Part shown: positions 61,352-64,000 of the stretch, one piece after another | Layout: each line of letters starts with the position of its first letter | Position numbering within the stretch: the first letter of the stretch is position 1 | Assembly: GCA_965228875.1 (NCBI GenBank) | Contig: OZ245843.1 | Coordinates: 2,276,616-2,340,615 of the forward strand | DNA length: 64,000 nt | Reading direction: 5' to 3' | Origin: Thalassobaculaceae bacterium | Lineage (GTDB): Bacteria; Pseudomonadota; Alphaproteobacteria; Thalassobaculales; Thalassobaculaceae | Made by a program: the position numbers and the translations under genes | Notes under the pieces: generated by a model | The model's input: only the letters and a program-made list of their open reading frames with translations | Database searches by the model: none | Told to the model about the DNA's origin: nothing

Positions 61352-62665
61352 ATGGCGACAGTGACGGCGGAGCCTCCCGCTCCGGTTCTGGTCCTGCAGG
61401 CCGTTCGGGAACATCAGTTGGGCCACCTCGACAGCGCGGAGGAACTCTACGGCCGCGCTCTGAACCTCGATCCGAGCGAGCCGGACGCGCTCAATCTCAT
61501 GGGGACCCTGCATCTTCAGCGCGGCGATCTGGGGGCGGCCGTCCCCTTCGCCGCCAAGGCGGTGCTCGTCGACCCGCGCTCGCCCTCCGCGTTCAACAAT
61601 CTCGGCATGATCCTGAAGCAGGCGGGTCAGGCGGCCGCCGCCGCGAGCTGCTACCAGAAGGCCGTGCTGATCGACAACGGGTTCGCTGACGCCCACAGCA
61701 ATCTCGGCGTGATCCTGAAAGCCGAGGGACACGTGCTGCGGGCGATCGACTGCTACAAGCGGGCGATCGAGGCGAACCCGACCCTGGGCGAGGCCTACAA
61801 CAATCTGGCCAACGCCTATCAGGAGATCGGCGAGCTTCCCGAAGCGGTCGACGCCTACCTCCTGGCGGCGGAACGAATGCCCGACAGCGACACCGTCCAC
61901 TACAATGTCGGGATGCTTCTGGACCGGCAGGGTCAGTCCCAGGACGCGCTGGTCCACCTGCGCCGGGCCCTGGAACTCAATCCGGAACGCAGTGACGCTA
62001 GGCATCTGGTCGCCGCGCTGGAGGGCCGTACCACCCGGACAGCGCCGACCGACTACGTCCGCAAGCTGTTCGACGACTACGCCCCGCGGTTCGAGGCACA
62101 CCTGGTCGGAGACCTGCAGTACCGGACCCATACCGAGATGGTCGGCCTGCTGAACCGCTACCGACGCGGGCGGCAGTTCGCCCACGCCCTCGATCTGGGG
62201 TGCGGAACCGGACTGGTCGGCGGCGCCGTCCGCGAATTCGTCGACCGGCTGATCGGCATCGACCTGTCCGAGAAGATGCTGCGGCAGGCCGAGGTCAAAG
62301 GGATCTACGAGAGCCTGCATGCCCGCGACATCGACGGCTACCTCACCGACAGCGAGGCGGTCTTCGACCTGATGCTGGCCAGCGACGTGTTCGTCTATAT
62401 CGGCGCCCTGGACGAGACCATCCGCCTGATCTCCGAGCACCTGACACCCGGCGGACTGCTCGCCTTCTCCGTCGAGGCCGAGGTCCCGGCGGCAGCCTGG
62501 GTCCTGCGTCCGTCGGGCCGTTATGGGCACGGCGACGCCTACATCGCGTCGCTGATGGCGGAAAACGGGTTCCTGATCGTCGACAAGCTCCGCACGGTGC
62601 TGCGAAAGGATCGCGGCAAACCGGTCGCCGGTATCGTATACTTGGTCGAGAAATTCGCCGACTGA
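61352..62665 (+). CDS. TPR-repeat protein with C-terminal SAM-dependent methyltransferase
   Basis: Repeated A..NLG TPR motifs; LFDDYA, LDLGCGTG, DVFVYIG and GRYGH. Confidence 0.9.
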   Translation: MATVTAEPPAPVLVLQAVREHQLGHLDSAEELYGRALNLDPSEPDALNLMGTLHLQRGDLGAAVPFAAKAVLVDPRSPSAFNNLGMILKQAGQAAAAASCYQKAVLIDNGFADAHSNLGVILKAEGHVLRAIDCYKRAIEANPTLGEAYNNLANAYQEIGELPEAVDAYLLAAERMPDSDTVHYNVGMLLDRQGQSQDALVHLRRALELNPERSDARHLVAALEGRTTRTAPTDYVRKLFDDYAPRFEAHLVGDLQYRTHTEMVGLLNRYRRGRQFAHALDLGCGTGLVGGAVREFVDRLIGIDLSEKMLRQAEVKGIYESLHARDIDGYLTDSEAVFDLMLASDVFVYIGALDETIRLISEHLTPGGLLAFSVEAEVPAAAWVLRPSGRYGHGDAYIASLMAENGFLIVDKLRTVLRKDRGKPVAGIVYLVEKFAD

Positions 62666-62786
62666 CGGCTTTTTCCTCCGTCGTGAGGCGACGGATTGCG
62701 GTCGGTCGCGCGTTGCGGTCTAGATTACCCAGCGTTACCCGAACCCGTCGGAGGACGACTCCCGGGCCCGCCAGCGGAGGGGCTGA

Positions 62787-63908
62787 ATGAGTCTCGTGCG
62801 TCAAATCCTGCTCATCGGACTTCTCGTTGCGCTGGCGATCAGCGGCTGGACCGTCGGTGGGCCGATGCTGTCCGACGCGCGCGACGCCGAGGGCGGCGCA
62901 AGGCGCGGCGGGGGCGACAGGCCGGCCGCCGCCGTCGTCGCCGAGGTGAGCTTCGCCGCCGAGCGCATTCGCGTCGAAGCGGTCGGCAACGGGCGCGCCC
63001 TGCGCTCCGCCACCCTGTTCGCCCCCACCGCCGGCGAGGTCGAGGCGATCAACTTCACCGCCGACGCGGTCGTCGAGCAGGGCGACGTCCTGCTCGAGCT
63101 CGACCGGGAGGCCGAGGAACTGGCGGTCGAGCTTGCGCGGGTACGGCTGACCGACGCGGACCGGATCGTCAAGCGCCTCACCCGTCTCAGCAATACCGGC
63201 GCCGTCGCCCAGGCGACGCTCGACGACGCGCTGACCACGCTGGAAGCCGCCCGGATCGAGCTCAAGCGGGCCGAAGTGGCACTCTCCGACAGGTTCGTCG
63301 TCGCGCCCTTCTCCGGCCGCATCGGGCTGACCGATCTGGACATCGGCGACCGGGTCGCGCCGGATACCCGGATCGCCACACTCGACGACCGGTCGACCCT
63401 GCTCGTCCGCTTCGACGTGCCGGAGGCGCTGCTGGGCCGTATCCGCGTCGGCGAGACGGCGTCGGTGGTTCCCTGGTCCAGCGCCGACATCTCCGCCGTG
63501 GGGACGGTGTACGACGTCGACAGCCGCGTCGACGAGAGCACCCGCTCCTTCACGGCACGGGCCCAGATCCCGAACGAGGGCGACCGCCTGCGCCCCGGCA
63601 TGAGCTTCCGGGTGTCGCTCGACATTCGCGGCGCCGAGTACCCGCGGGTCCCGGAAGTGGCGATCCAGTGGGGCGGCGACGGCTCCTACGTCTGGGTGGT
63701 CGGCGAGGGAACGGCCCGGCGGGAGCCGGTGACCATCGTCCAGCGCCAGGAAGCCCAAGTCCTGATCGACGGCGACGTCGCGCCCGGCGCGCTCGTCGTG
63801 GTCGAGGGCCTGCACCGCATGCGCCCCGGAATCGGGGTCGAGCTGCTGGACGATCGCCAGATGGCGCCACCGCCGGTTCCCGCCCGGCTGCAGGACGCTC
63901 AATCGTGA
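62787..63908 (+). CDS. RND efflux periplasmic adaptor subunit
   Basis: APFSGRIG, LRPGM, VP..A and VVEG; N-terminal anchor. Confidence 0.9.
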   Translation: MSLVRQILLIGLLVALAISGWTVGGPMLSDARDAEGGARRGGGDRPAAAVVAEVSFAAERIRVEAVGNGRALRSATLFAPTAGEVEAINFTADAVVEQGDVLLELDREAEELAVELARVRLTDADRIVKRLTRLSNTGAVAQATLDDALTTLEAARIELKRAEVALSDRFVVAPFSGRIGLTDLDIGDRVAPDTRIATLDDRSTLLVRFDVPEALLGRIRVGETASVVPWSSADISAVGTVYDVDSRVDESTRSFTARAQIPNEGDRLRPGMSFRVSLDIRGAEYPRVPEVAIQWGGDGSYVWVVGEGTARREPVTIVQRQEAQVLIDGDVAPGALVVVEGLHRMRPGIGVELLDDRQMAPPPVPARLQDAQS

Positions 63909-64000
63909 CCGCGCCCGTTCCGCCGCCGGCCGGCATCAGCGACCTGCCGTCGCTCAGCGTCCGACGGCCGCTTCTGGCGATGGTCCTCAACCTGCTGATC
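63905..64000 (+). CDS. RND efflux permease, N-terminus only (window edge)
   Basis: GTGA overlap with the adaptor; SLSVRRPLLAMVLNLLI is typical of AcrB-family N-termini. Confidence 0.7.
   Translation, partial: MTAPVPPPAGISDLPSLSVRRPLLAMVLNLLI

Overview
High-GC alphaproteobacterial chromosome segment (Rhodospirillales-like, inferred from gene content and order). It holds the end of the dcw cluster (murC-murB-ddl-ftsQ-ftsA-ftsZ-lpxC), a branched-chain aminotransferase with a MarR/OmpR regulator pair, accessory catabolic and envelope genes (SulP, two TIGR04372-like glycosyltransferases, a two-subunit N,N-dimethylformamidase-like enzyme, an acetamidase), and a housekeeping block (mnmA, tenA, cysteine desulfurase, Rrf2, anmK, tyrS, yhdP-like, glnE, bcp, cimA, TrmJ-like, rpsD, RND efflux). 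The main feature is a ~9.4-kb island integrated in tRNA-Met(CAT), bounded by a 49-bp direct repeat (30981-31029 and 40371-40419). Its AT-rich cargo is a tightly coupled five-gene operon: a radical SAM enzyme, a split PEP-synthase/dikinase-type kinase (phosphohistidine protein plus stand-alone ATP-grasp), an FkbM methyltransferase and a 2OG-Fe(II) oxygenase fused to ankyrin repeats. I do not recognise this combination as a described pathway. The island is probably immobilised: three IS3-family elements have piled up (one nested in another) and the integrase is cut off before its catalytic domain. All product calls come from motif recognition by eye; no database search was run.
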